From: Candidatus Geohabitans tengchongensis
GTDB lineage: Bacteria; Sysuimicrobiota; Sysuimicrobiia; Sysuimicrobiales; Humicultoraceae
Assembly: GCA_031459625.1 (NCBI GenBank)
Contig: JAVKIH010000026.1
Coordinates: 1-34,114, forward strand
Direction: 5' to 3'
DNA: 34,114 bases
The position numbers and the translations under genes were made by a program. Of the stretch, positions 16,757 to 25,241 are shown one piece after another (position 1 is the first letter of the stretch; each line of letters opens with the position of its first letter). The notes under the pieces are model-generated. The model was not told the DNA's origin and searched no databases. It saw nothing but the letters and a program-made list of their open reading frames with translations.

Positions 16757-17526
16757 CCGTTCCTGGCCTCCCCGGCCTGCGGGCCTGGGCCCTGGAGGTC
16801 CTCCCCCGCGTGCTGCTGGCCGTAGGCGTGGTTGTGGCCGGCGCGGTGGCCTGGCGGTTGCTGCACGCGCCGCTCGCCCGGGCGATGGAGCGCTCACGGG
16901 TCGACCCCGCGCTGCGCGACCTCCTGCTGGCCGTCGGCAAGTACGTCGTGCTGGGGGTGGCCCTCATCACCGCCGCCTCCCAGCTGGGCCTGCACGTCGG
17001 GGCGCTGCTGGGGGGCCTGGGCGTGGCCGGGCTGGCCGTCGGCCTGGCCGCCCGCGACACCATCGGCAACCTGATCTCCGGGCTGATCATCCTGTGGGAC
17101 CACCCCTTTGAGCTCGGGGACCTCGTGGTCATCGACGGCGTGGAGGGACGGGTGGTGCGCATCGGCCTGCGCTCCACCCACCTGCGCACCGCCGACGGCG
17201 AGCTCGTCATCATCCCCAACAGCAAAGTCTCCGAGGCGCGGATCACGAACCGCACCGCCGAACGGGCCTACCGCATCCGCGTCGCGCTGAGCCTGCCAGC
17301 GGGGCAGGACACCCCCGCGCTGCGCGAGGCCCTGGCGCGCGCCGCGGCGGACGACGCCGAGGTGCTCGCCGACCCGCCACCGCAGGTGCTCATCATGCAG
17401 GCCCTCCCCGACACGGTAACGCTGGAGGTCGGGGTATGGGTGCAGCCGCGCCTGCCCGCCGACGTAGTGCGCAGCCGCCTCTACGACCGGCTGGGGCAAG
17501 TGCTGCGGGAGAGGGGAGGAGGCTAA
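16753..17526 (+). CDS. Small-conductance mechanosensitive channel (MscS family)
   Basis: GVAGLAVGLAARDTIGNLISG, PFELGD, GLRSTHLRT.DG.LVIIPNS. Start uncertain (CTG at 16753 or GTG at 16810). Confidence 0.88.
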   Translation: MTVPGLPGLRAWALEVLPRVLLAVGVVVAGAVAWRLLHAPLARAMERSRVDPALRDLLLAVGKYVVLGVALITAASQLGLHVGALLGGLGVAGLAVGLAARDTIGNLISGLIILWDHPFELGDLVVIDGVEGRVVRIGLRSTHLRTADGELVIIPNSKVSEARITNRTAERAYRIRVALSLPAGQDTPALREALARAAADDAEVLADPPPQVLIMQALPDTVTLEVGVWVQPRLPADVVRSRLYDRLGQVLRERGGG

Positions 17527-17567
17527 GCCCTCACCCGCGCCGCTCCTGCCGGCGCCCTTCCCTGAGG

Positions 17568-19250
17568 CTACGCCTTGGCCTGGAGGTGCCCGGGAGCAGG
17601 TGTGGCCTGACGCGGGACGGGGACGGGCGCCTCGACCACGGCACAGAGGGCGTCCACGCAGCGGGGGTCGAAGAGACGCCCAGCGCCCGAGCGCAGGTAG
17701 GCCAGCACCGCGCCTGGAGGAAAGGCGGGCCGGTACGAACGTCCGGAGGTCATGGCGTCGAAGACGTCGGCCACCGCCATGATGCGCGCCTCCAGCGGGA
17801 TCGCCTCGCCGCGCAACCCGTCGGGGTAGCCCGAGCCGTCCAGGCGCTCGTGGTGCCAGCGCACCGCGGCCAGCGTGGGGCGCAGGGAGGGCAGCCGCCG
17901 CACCATCTCCTCCGAGCGCACCGGGTGCGTCCTGACCAGGGCGTACTCCTCCGCGGTGAGGGGGTCGGGCTTGTTGAGGATGGCGTCGGGGATGGCGATC
18001 TTCCCGATGTCGTGCAGCAACCCGGCCTGGTACAGGGTGCGCACGTGCTCAGGGGCGAGCCCCAGCCGCTCCCCCACCTGGGCCGCCAGGCGGGCGACCT
18101 TCTCGGAGTGACCCTTGGTGTAGGGGTCGCGCGCCTCCACGGCCGCCACGAGTCCCGTGAGGACCTCGCTGTAGGAGCGCTCCAGCACCTCCACCGCCTC
18201 GCCCAACAGGAGCCCCGTGACGCTGCGCGTCACATCGAGGCCGCGCCGGTAGTCGGCGACGATACCGGCGAGGATGAGCGATGCCCCCAGGAGTACCAGC
18301 AGGTGGTACTCCCACCAGCTCACCCGCCAGACCGAAGCGAAGGCGAAGGAGAGGAGGCTCTCCAGCAGGAGGACGATGCCGGCCAGGATGGTGGCGTGCA
18401 GCGGCAGGCGACCGAGGCGGTACTGCCGGGCGTAGCGCAGCGCCGCCACCGTGAGCAGGGCGGCGGTTCCCGCCACGAGCCCCGCGGCGAGCCAGGGGCT
18501 AGGAGGGGGTGCGGCGGCGGTCGTCGCGGCTGTCCGAGCTGGCCAGGCCGTATCGGTCCCGGCACCGCCCCCGCCTTCGCCGTGCTGCGCGCCGTGGGCG
18601 GGCGTCCCATACTCGTCGGACACCGCGTACCCGGCCCCGTACATGTCAGCGGGCGGCGGCGCAGCAGCACCGCTCCCCCCTCCGCCACCGTGCCCCGCCC
18701 GAGCACCCCGGGCCGAGGCGAGCGAGGCGGCGTGTCCCTCCAGGAAGCGCGGGGCCGCCACGGAGAGGAGGAGGAAGGCCGTCCACACGCCGGCCAGCAG
18801 GAGGACCAGGGCGCGGCGGTGGCGGAAGACTGCGCCCCCCTCGTCGAGGCGGCGCACCGTGCTGAGCACGATGAAGACCGCACCGAGCGCCAGCCCCATC
18901 AGCGGGGCCCAGCCGATCCCGTTGCTGGCCTGCTGGAAGAGGACCCCGGGCGTTAGCAGACCGTGGATGAAGAAGAACCCGGCGATGGCCCAGAAGCCGA
19001 GCCCCAGCAGGAAGGCGCGCATGTCGCGCAGGCGTTCGGCCACGAGGAGGACGAGCCCGGCCACCAGGGCGGCGGCCCCCGCGGCCAGGGTGACGACGGC
19101 GAAGTGGAGCGCCGGACGCCGGAACGTCGGGTCGAGCACAGGGTGGCGCAGCAGGAGGACGAGGACCGCCACCGGCAGCACGAGCACCGCCAGGCGGACG
19201 GTGTCGGCGAGGTGGACAGCCAGCCCGGAGCGCACCAGGCCGCGAGACAT
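17568..19250 (-). CDS. Multi-pass membrane HD-GYP (cyclic-dinucleotide phosphodiesterase) protein
   Basis: About 8 hydrophobic segments followed by RDPYTKGHS, LLHDIGK, HP, HHERLDGSGYPDGL, ADVFDAMTS.RSY. Start taken as ATG 19250; the upstream extension in the ORF track is a ccmA shadow. Confidence 0.9.
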   Translation of the reverse strand: MSRGLVRSGLAVHLADTVRLAVLVLPVAVLVLLLRHPVLDPTFRRPALHFAVVTLAAGAAALVAGLVLLVAERLRDMRAFLLGLGFWAIAGFFFIHGLLTPGVLFQQASNGIGWAPLMGLALGAVFIVLSTVRRLDEGGAVFRHRRALVLLLAGVWTAFLLLSVAAPRFLEGHAASLASARGARAGHGGGGGSGAAAPPPADMYGAGYAVSDEYGTPAHGAQHGEGGGGAGTDTAWPARTAATTAAAPPPSPWLAAGLVAGTAALLTVAALRYARQYRLGRLPLHATILAGIVLLLESLLSFAFASVWRVSWWEYHLLVLLGASLILAGIVADYRRGLDVTRSVTGLLLGEAVEVLERSYSEVLTGLVAAVEARDPYTKGHSEKVARLAAQVGERLGLAPEHVRTLYQAGLLHDIGKIAIPDAILNKPDPLTAEEYALVRTHPVRSEEMVRRLPSLRPTLAAVRWHHERLDGSGYPDGLRGEAIPLEARIMAVADVFDAMTSGRSYRPAFPPGAVLAYLRSGAGRLFDPRCVDALCAVVEAPVPVPRQATPAPGHLQAKA

Positions 19251-19304
19251 GCCTTCCGGTACCTGCCCGAGCCTCAGGACCCCTAGTCGCCCGGAGGCAT
19301 CGGC

Positions 19305-19310
19305 TATGAT
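19305..19310 (+). promoter_or_regulatory. Putative -10 element (TATGAT) of the ccm operon, leaderless-type
   Basis: TATGAT lies 6 nt before GTG 19317, with no SD sequence in between. Confidence 0.5.
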
Positions 19311-19316
19311 GGCCCT

Positions 19317-20048
19317 GTGATGCCCGCGCTGGAGACTGTCGAGCTGCGGCGCCGCTTCGGCCCCCACACCGCGCTGACCGGTGTGACGCTGACCGCACTG
19401 CCCGGGACTGCCTGGCTGCTCGTCGGCCCGAACGGCGCCGGCAAGACCACGCTGCTGCGCCTGGTGGCCACCGCCCTGCGCCCCACTGGCGGGACGGCGC
19501 GGGTCTTCGGGCGGGACGTGGTGCGGGATGCACTGGCCGTGCGCACCCTCGTGGCCTTCGCAGGCGCTGCCGACGGGGCCTACGAGGCCCTGACCCCCCG
19601 GGAGTACCTCACCTTCGCCGCCGCCATGTCCGGCCGGCCGGTACCGCCGGACCTCCTGGCCTGGGGCGGGCTGGCCCGCGTGGCCGACCGCCGCGTGGAG
19701 GAGCTGAGCCAGGGCCTGCGGCGGCGCCTGGCGCTGGCGCGCGTGCGGCTGCTGGCCCCCCGCTTGCTGCTCCTCGACGAACCCTTCACCGCCCTGGACG
19801 CAGAGGGGCAGCACCTGGTCGAGGACCTGGTCCGCACGGTGACCGACCGCGGGGGTGCCGTCGTGCTGGCCACCCACGAGTGGGAGCGGGGGCTGCGGTT
19901 GGCCGACCACGTGGCGGTGCTGGTGGGCGGCCGGCTGGTGGCGCAGGGGCCGCGCCAGGGGATGACGGTCGAGCGCTTGCGCAACCTGATGGCCGCCGGT
20001 GCCACGCCGCCGCCGGTGAGCGCGGCCGCAGGCGGGAGCGGGCAGTGA
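19317..20048 (+). CDS. ccmA: Cytochrome c maturation ABC ATPase
   Basis: GPNGAGKT, LSQG, LLLLDEPFTALD; first gene of the ccm cluster. Confidence 0.9.
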   Translation: MMPALETVELRRRFGPHTALTGVTLTALPGTAWLLVGPNGAGKTTLLRLVATALRPTGGTARVFGRDVVRDALAVRTLVAFAGAADGAYEALTPREYLTFAAAMSGRPVPPDLLAWGGLARVADRRVEELSQGLRRRLALARVRLLAPRLLLLDEPFTALDAEGQHLVEDLVRTVTDRGGAVVLATHEWERGLRLADHVAVLVGGRLVAQGPRQGMTVERLRNLMAAGATPPPVSAAAGGSGQ

Positions 20049-20203
20049 GCCTCAAGGCGCGCGTCGCCCACAGGGGCATGGACCCGCGGACACCCAGCGC
20101 GCTCGAGACGGGCCGTGCGGACCTCCAGGCCCACCGCGCTGCCGAGGCCGGGGCGGCCGGGGCGAGCGGTGTTGCAGCCGGTGCCCTCCCGGCGGGCGGG
20201 GGT

Positions 20204-20863
20204 ATGAGCGGGCTGCGCCGCGCCGGCGCGGTCGCCTGGAAAGACCTCCTGCTGGAGTGGCGCCGCCGCGAGACGGTGGCGGCGATGGTCTTCTTCGCCT
20301 GCCTGACGGCGGTGCTGCTGGGATTTGCGTTCGGCGGGCGGGGGGAGGTCGCGCCGGCGGTGCTGTGGGTGGCGCTGGTGCTGGGGGCGGTGCTGGGCGT
20401 GAGCCGCCTCACCGTGGCCGAAGCCGAGCAGGGGACGCTCGAGGCCCTCCTCCTCTACCCCGGCGCGCGCGAGCACCTCTTCTGGGGAAAGTGCGCCGCG
20501 CTCACCGGACTGCTCACGGCGCTGGCGGCCGTCCTCCTCCCGCTCGTGGCCGTGCTCTTCGGCGCGGCGGCAGGACCGCGCTGGCCGCTCCTCGCCGGCA
20601 CCGTGCTGTTCGGGATCGTCGGGCTGGCCGCCGTCGGCACGCTCTTCGCCGCCATGGCCCTGCACGTGCGCGGGCGGGAGCTACTCGTCCCGCTCCTCCT
20701 CCTGCCGCTCGCGCTGCCGGTGCTCCTCGCCGGCATCCGCCTGACCGAGGCGATCCTCGGCGCGGGTCAGGCGGGACCGTGGCCGGCGGTGCTGCTGGTC
20801 TTTGATATCCTGTTCCTGTTGGTGGCCCCGATCCTGTTCGAGCTCGTCGTCGAGGAGGTCTGA
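20204..20863 (+). CDS. ccmB: Cytochrome c maturation permease CcmB
   Basis: WKDLLLEWR, EAEQGTLEALLL, RELLVPLLLLPLALP. Confidence 0.92.
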   Translation: MSGLRRAGAVAWKDLLLEWRRRETVAAMVFFACLTAVLLGFAFGGRGEVAPAVLWVALVLGAVLGVSRLTVAEAEQGTLEALLLYPGAREHLFWGKCAALTGLLTALAAVLLPLVAVLFGAAAGPRWPLLAGTVLFGIVGLAAVGTLFAAMALHVRGRELLVPLLLLPLALPVLLAGIRLTEAILGAGQAGPWPAVLLVFDILFLLVAPILFELVVEEV

Positions 20864-20866
20864 CCG

Positions 20867-21532
20867 GTGCGGCTGGTCGGCCCGGCCGCCCTGGCTGCGC
20901 TGGCCGCCGGCCTCTACTTGGCGCTGTGGGCCTCTCCCCCCGACGCCTTCCAGGGCCACTACGTCCGCCTGATGTACGTCCACGTCCCGGCGGCCTGGGT
21001 GGCGTACCTGGCGGTGGGCGTGGCGGCCGTGGCCAGCCTCCTCTACCTGTGGCGGCGGCGGCCCGCCTACGACTATGTGGCCCACAGCGCGGCCGAGCTC
21101 GTCGTGCTCTTCACCGGGCTGGCCCTGGCCACAGGGATGATCTGGGGGCGGCCGGTGTGGGGGGTGTGGTGGACCTGGGATGCGCGGCTGGTGAGCACCG
21201 CCATCCTCTTCCTGATCTACGTGGGCTGCCTGCTGGTCCGGGGGCTGGCCGCCGACCGGGAGCGCGGCGCGCGCCTGGCCGCGGTGGTGGCCCTCGTCGG
21301 CGCCCTGGACGTCCCGATCATCCACTTCTCCGTGCTGTGGTTCCGCACGCTCCACCAGACCGCCTCGATCACTCGGCGGGAGGTGAGCATGGCCCCCGAG
21401 ATGCTGGCGGCCCTGCTCGTGAACCTGCTGGCCTTCGCCCTCCTCTTCCTCTACCTGGTCACTCTGCGCGCCCGCCTGGCCCGGCTGGAGGCGGAGCGGG
21501 CCGAGGCGGCGCTGGAACCGCAGGCGCGATGA
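20867..21532 (+). CDS. ccmC: Heme-handling protein CcmC
   Basis: YVHVP, WGRPVWGVWWTWDARL (WWD domain), TLHQ. Confidence 0.95.
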   Translation: MRLVGPAALAALAAGLYLALWASPPDAFQGHYVRLMYVHVPAAWVAYLAVGVAAVASLLYLWRRRPAYDYVAHSAAELVVLFTGLALATGMIWGRPVWGVWWTWDARLVSTAILFLIYVGCLLVRGLAADRERGARLAAVVALVGALDVPIIHFSVLWFRTLHQTASITRREVSMAPEMLAALLVNLLAFALLFLYLVTLRARLARLEAERAEAALEPQAR

Positions 21533-21687
21533 GCCCCGCGATGGCCCTCCTGCTGGGCTACGGGGTGGTGGCTGCGGCCCTCCTCTGGTACTCCCTGCGG
21601 GTGCGACGCCGGCTGGCCGCGCTGCAACGGCGCCAGGAACGCCGCACCGCGGCGGCCGTGGAGGCGACCGGGGTGCAGCCGCGGTGA
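21529..21687 (+). CDS. ccmD: CcmD-like small membrane protein (52 aa)
   Basis: ATGA overlap with ccmC; MSPAMALLLGYGVVAAALLWYSLRVRRR...: one TM segment plus a basic tail, between ccmC and ccmE. Confidence 0.75.
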   Translation: MSPAMALLLGYGVVAAALLWYSLRVRRRLAALQRRQERRTAAAVEATGVQPR

Positions 21688-21706
21688 GGGCCCGGAGGTC
21701 CGGACC

Positions 21707-22168
21707 GTGAGGCGGGGACGCCTCCTCCTGGCCGCCGCCGTCGTGGTCACCGGGCTGGTCTACCTGGTGGTGGGCGGGATCCGCGGCGCCATCGTGTACT
21801 ACATCACCCCGAGCGAGCTGGCCGCCCAAGGCTCCCAGATCGTTGGCCGGCCCGTGCGGGTGGGTGGGCAGGTGCGGCCGGGCTCGCGGCAGTGGGACGC
21901 GCAGGGGAGCGTCCTGCGCTTCGTCCTCACGGACGGACGGGCGGCCGTGTCGGTGGAGTACCGCGGAGCGCCCCCCGCGCTCTTCACCGAAGGGCAGGGC
22001 GCCGTCGTCGAGGGCTCCCTGGATGGGGCCGGCCTCTTCCGGGCCCGTGCCGTGATCGTGCGCCACAACGAGGAGTATCAGCCTCCCACGGCCTCCTCCC
22101 CCGCCGGCCTCTCCACCCCGCGACCCTCCCCTCCCCCTTCCTCGCCTGCGCCCTCACCCACGCCGTGA
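21707..22168 (+). CDS. ccmE: Heme chaperone CcmE
   Basis: YYITPSE, VRVGGQV, PALFTEGQGAVVEG, and the HNEEY (HxxxY) heme motif; Pro/Ser tail. Confidence 0.93.
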   Translation: MRRGRLLLAAAVVVTGLVYLVVGGIRGAIVYYITPSELAAQGSQIVGRPVRVGGQVRPGSRQWDAQGSVLRFVLTDGRAAVSVEYRGAPPALFTEGQGAVVEGSLDGAGLFRARAVIVRHNEEYQPPTASSPAGLSTPRPSPPPSSPAPSPTP

Positions 22169-24144
22169 CCGCCGCCCTCGGCACGCTGGCCCTCCTCCTC
22201 GCCGCGCTCGGCGCCGTCGGCGGGGCGGTCGCCCTCCTGCGCGGGCAGGCCGCCGGACCCCCTGCGCTGGTGACGCTGGGGGAGCGCGCGGCGGTGGCCG
22301 TCTTCGCCCTCGTCACCGCCGCGGTGGCGGCCCTGGAGGCGGCCCTCCTCCGCGCCGACTTCTCCGTCGCCTACGTGGCCGACAACGTCTCGAGCGGGAC
22401 GCCCCTCCTCTTCCGTGCCATTGCGCTGTGGGGGGCGTTGGAAGGCTCCATCCTCCTGTGGGCCTGGCTCCACGCCGGCTTCACGGCGCTCGTGGCCTGG
22501 CGCTACCGTGGCCGCTACCCCGCCACCGTGCCCCTGGCGCTGGCCATCCTGCTGGGGATCGGCGCCTTCTTCCTCCTGCTCATGCTCGGACCCGCCGACC
22601 CCTTCGCCCCGGCCGTTCCGGTGCCGCTCGACGGCCGCGGGTTGAACCCGCTGCTGCGCAACCACCCGCTGATGGCCGTCCACCCGCCCTTCCTCTACCT
22701 GGGGTACGTCGGTCTGGCCGTGCCCTACGCCTTCGCCATGGCCGCGCTCCTCTCGCGGACCCTGCGGGACGAATGGGCCGCCGTGACACGCCGGTGGACG
22801 ATGGCGGCGTGGGTCTTTCTCACCACGGGGATCGTGCTGGGGGCGTGGTGGTCGTACGAGGTCCTGGGGTGGGGCGGCTACTGGGCGTGGGACCCCGTCG
22901 AGAACGCCGCCCTCCTGCCCTGGCTGGCCGTCACCGCCTTCCTCCACTCGGCCATCGTCCAGGAACGGCGCCGGCTGCTGCGTCTGTGGAACTGCGCGCT
23001 CGTGATCCTGGCCTTCCTCCTCACCCTCTTTGGCACCTTCCTCACCCGCAGCGGCATCCTGGCCTCGGTGCACGCCTTCACCGTCTCGCTCATCGGCCCG
23101 CTCTTCCTGCTCTTCATCGCCGCCGTGCTGGCCTTCTCCCTGGCGGTGCTGCTCCTGCGGCGGGACCAGGTGCGGGACGAAGGGGCGCTCCCGGCCTCCC
23201 TGAGCCGCGAGACCCTCTTCCTGCTGAACAACGTCCTCCTGCTCGTCCTCGTCGCCACCGTCTTCCTGGGGACCCTCTTCCCGCTCGTGGTGGAGGCGGT
23301 GGTGGGGCTGCGTGTCAGTGTGGGAGCACCCTACTTCAACCGCGTCGCCGCCCCGCTCGTCCTGGGGCTGCTCGTCCTGATGGCGGCCGGCGCGGTGCTC
23401 CCCTGGGGGGCCGTCCCCAGGGGAGCCCCCCGTCGCTTCCTCGCTCCCGCCGTGGCGGGCCTGGGCGCCGGCGCCGTGGCGCGCGCATACGCCGCCGGGC
23501 CCTTCACCTCGGTGGCCTTCGGGGTCCTGGCCTTTGCGGCGTGGGCCCACCTCCTCGAGTTCCACCAGGGGGCGCGTGCCCTGCAGTCCGCCGGGACGCC
23601 CTACCCGCTGGCGCTGCTGCGCCTCTTCGCCGCGAACCGGCGCCGCTACACCGGGTACCTGGCGCACCTCGGGCTGGTGCTGGCGCTGGCCGGGGTGGCC
23701 GGGTCCACCGCCTTCCGGCAGGAGAGCGACCACACCGTCCGGCCGGGCGAGCTCTTCGCGGTCCCCGGGGCGCTGCTGCGCTACGAGGGCGTGACGCTGC
23801 GGCGCGACCCCGACCGGCTGGCCCTCACCGCCACGGTGTTGGTCTTCCCAGCGCGGTCGGGAGCCGAGGCGGCACCGCGGGCGGCCAGCGGTGGCGGCCT
23901 GACCGCTCCCGTGGCCGTCCTCCACCCCGCCGAGCACCTCTACCCGCAGCAGCGCACGCCGCTCCCCACCCCCGCCGTCCGGTCGACGTGGCGCGGCGAC
24001 CTCTACCTGGTGCTGGGCGGTGTGGCGCGGGATGGGACGGCGGTGGTCAAGGTCATCACAAACCCCCTGGTCCCGTGGATCTGGGCGGGGGGGCTGCTGA
24101 TGGGGCTGGCCGGCGTCCTCAACCTCCTGCCGGGGAGACGGTGA
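22165..24144 (+). CDS. ccmF: Heme lyase CcmF
   Basis: GTGA overlap with ccmE; WGALEGS, GLNPLL, HPP, LGWGGYWAWDPVEN, TRSG..SVHAF. Confidence 0.95.
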   Translation: MTAALGTLALLLAALGAVGGAVALLRGQAAGPPALVTLGERAAVAVFALVTAAVAALEAALLRADFSVAYVADNVSSGTPLLFRAIALWGALEGSILLWAWLHAGFTALVAWRYRGRYPATVPLALAILLGIGAFFLLLMLGPADPFAPAVPVPLDGRGLNPLLRNHPLMAVHPPFLYLGYVGLAVPYAFAMAALLSRTLRDEWAAVTRRWTMAAWVFLTTGIVLGAWWSYEVLGWGGYWAWDPVENAALLPWLAVTAFLHSAIVQERRRLLRLWNCALVILAFLLTLFGTFLTRSGILASVHAFTVSLIGPLFLLFIAAVLAFSLAVLLLRRDQVRDEGALPASLSRETLFLLNNVLLLVLVATVFLGTLFPLVVEAVVGLRVSVGAPYFNRVAAPLVLGLLVLMAAGAVLPWGAVPRGAPRRFLAPAVAGLGAGAVARAYAAGPFTSVAFGVLAFAAWAHLLEFHQGARALQSAGTPYPLALLRLFAANRRRYTGYLAHLGLVLALAGVAGSTAFRQESDHTVRPGELFAVPGALLRYEGVTLRRDPDRLALTATVLVFPARSGAEAAPRAASGGGLTAPVAVLHPAEHLYPQQRTPLPTPAVRSTWRGDLYLVLGGVARDGTAVVKVITNPLVPWIWAGGLLMGLAGVLNLLPGRR

Positions 24145-24644
24145 GCGTGCACGCGACCGACCCGGGTTCCGCCGGGGTGCGCCCCCTGTCGGCCGGCGCG
24201 CGGTCTGTCCTCCGCCCGGGGCGTCGCCTCGTCATCGCCGTGGCGCTCCTGCTGGCGATCGCCCTGGCTGGAATCCCGCTCCCGGCGGCTGCGGGCCCCT
24301 CCCTGGACGAGCAGGTCCGGACGGTGGCCAGCCGGCTGCGCTGTCCGGTCTGCCAGAACGAAAGCGTGGCCGACTCGCCGTCGGCCCTCGCCGCCCAGAT
24401 GCGGGAGCTGATCCGGGCGCGCCTGGCACAGGGGGAGGCCCCCGAGGCCATCGTCGCCTACTTCGTCTCCCGCTACGGCGAGTGGATCCTGCTGGAGCCG
24501 CCGCGGCGCGGCTGGGGGTGGGTGCTGTGGCTGGCGCCGGGGGTCCTGCTGGCCGGCGGACTCCTCCTCCTGGCCCGCTACCTGCGGGGTGCGGTGCGGG
24601 CAGGGGAGGTGGATAACTATGGGCAGGGAGTGTCGGACGGCTGA
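24141..24644 (+). CDS. ccmH: CcmH/NrfF redox protein
   Basis: LRCPVCQNESVADS, RYGEWILLEPP, C-terminal TM; GTGA overlap with ccmF (exact start uncertain). Confidence 0.9.
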   Translation: MSVHATDPGSAGVRPLSAGARSVLRPGRRLVIAVALLLAIALAGIPLPAAAGPSLDEQVRTVASRLRCPVCQNESVADSPSALAAQMRELIRARLAQGEAPEAIVAYFVSRYGEWILLEPPRRGWGWVLWLAPGVLLAGGLLLLARYLRGAVRAGEVDNYGQGVSDG

Positions 24645-24655
24645 GCGGCTGAGCG

Positions 24656-24683
24656 GCCCGTCCGGCACCTGCGCCGGACGGGC
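24656..24683. repeat. Inverted repeat / hairpin (11-bp stem, 6-nt loop)
   Basis: GCCCGTCCGGC-ACCTGC-GCCGGACGGGC followed by GAAAGGGAG-GTG(24693). Confidence 0.85.
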
Positions 24684-24692
24684 GAAAGGGAG

Positions 24693-25238
24693 GTGAGGGA
24701 GATGGAACCCACGACGGTGCGGCGGACCGCGCCGGTCTACCTGGAGGAGAACCGCGAGCGGCGGGAGCGGCTCATCGCCATGCTCACGCAGGCCTACTGG
24801 ATGGAGCTCGAGACGGTGATGAACTACCTGGCCGCCTCGATCAACCCCGACGGGGTGCGGGCCCGGGAGGTGGCGGAGGCGCTCCAGGAGGACGTGCAGG
24901 AGGAGCTGGGCCACGCCCGGCAGTTCGGAGAGCGGATCAAGGAGCTCTACGGGGTGGTCCCGGGGTCGATGGCCTTTCGGCCGGAGCAGACCTACCTCCA
25001 GCCGCCCGAACGCCAGACCGACATCGTCGCGGTGATCCGCGGCGTCATCGAGGCCGAGCACGGGGCCATCGCCCACTACAGCGACATCGTCCGCTTCTGC
25101 GACGACTTCGACCTGGTCACCCAGGACATGGTCCTCCAGATCCTGCGGGGGGAGCAGGGCCACCTGCGCCTGTTCGAAGGGTTCCTCCGGGAGTTCGAAG
25201 AAGGGCAGGGAGGGAGCCCGACCGGCAGGGGGCGCTGA
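24693..25238 (+). CDS. Ferritin-like (bacterioferritin/rubrerythrin-type) di-iron protein
   Basis: Four-helix pattern ELE...Y, EELGH, EAE..AI.HY, EQGH. Confidence 0.8.
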   Translation: MREMEPTTVRRTAPVYLEENRERRERLIAMLTQAYWMELETVMNYLAASINPDGVRAREVAEALQEDVQEELGHARQFGERIKELYGVVPGSMAFRPEQTYLQPPERQTDIVAVIRGVIEAEHGAIAHYSDIVRFCDDFDLVTQDMVLQILRGEQGHLRLFEGFLREFEEGQGGSPTGRGR

Positions 25239-25241
25239 GCG

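Noticed and set aside
19251..19910. N-terminal 220 aa of the 780-aa HD-GYP ORF
   Set aside because: Antisense shadow of ccmA.
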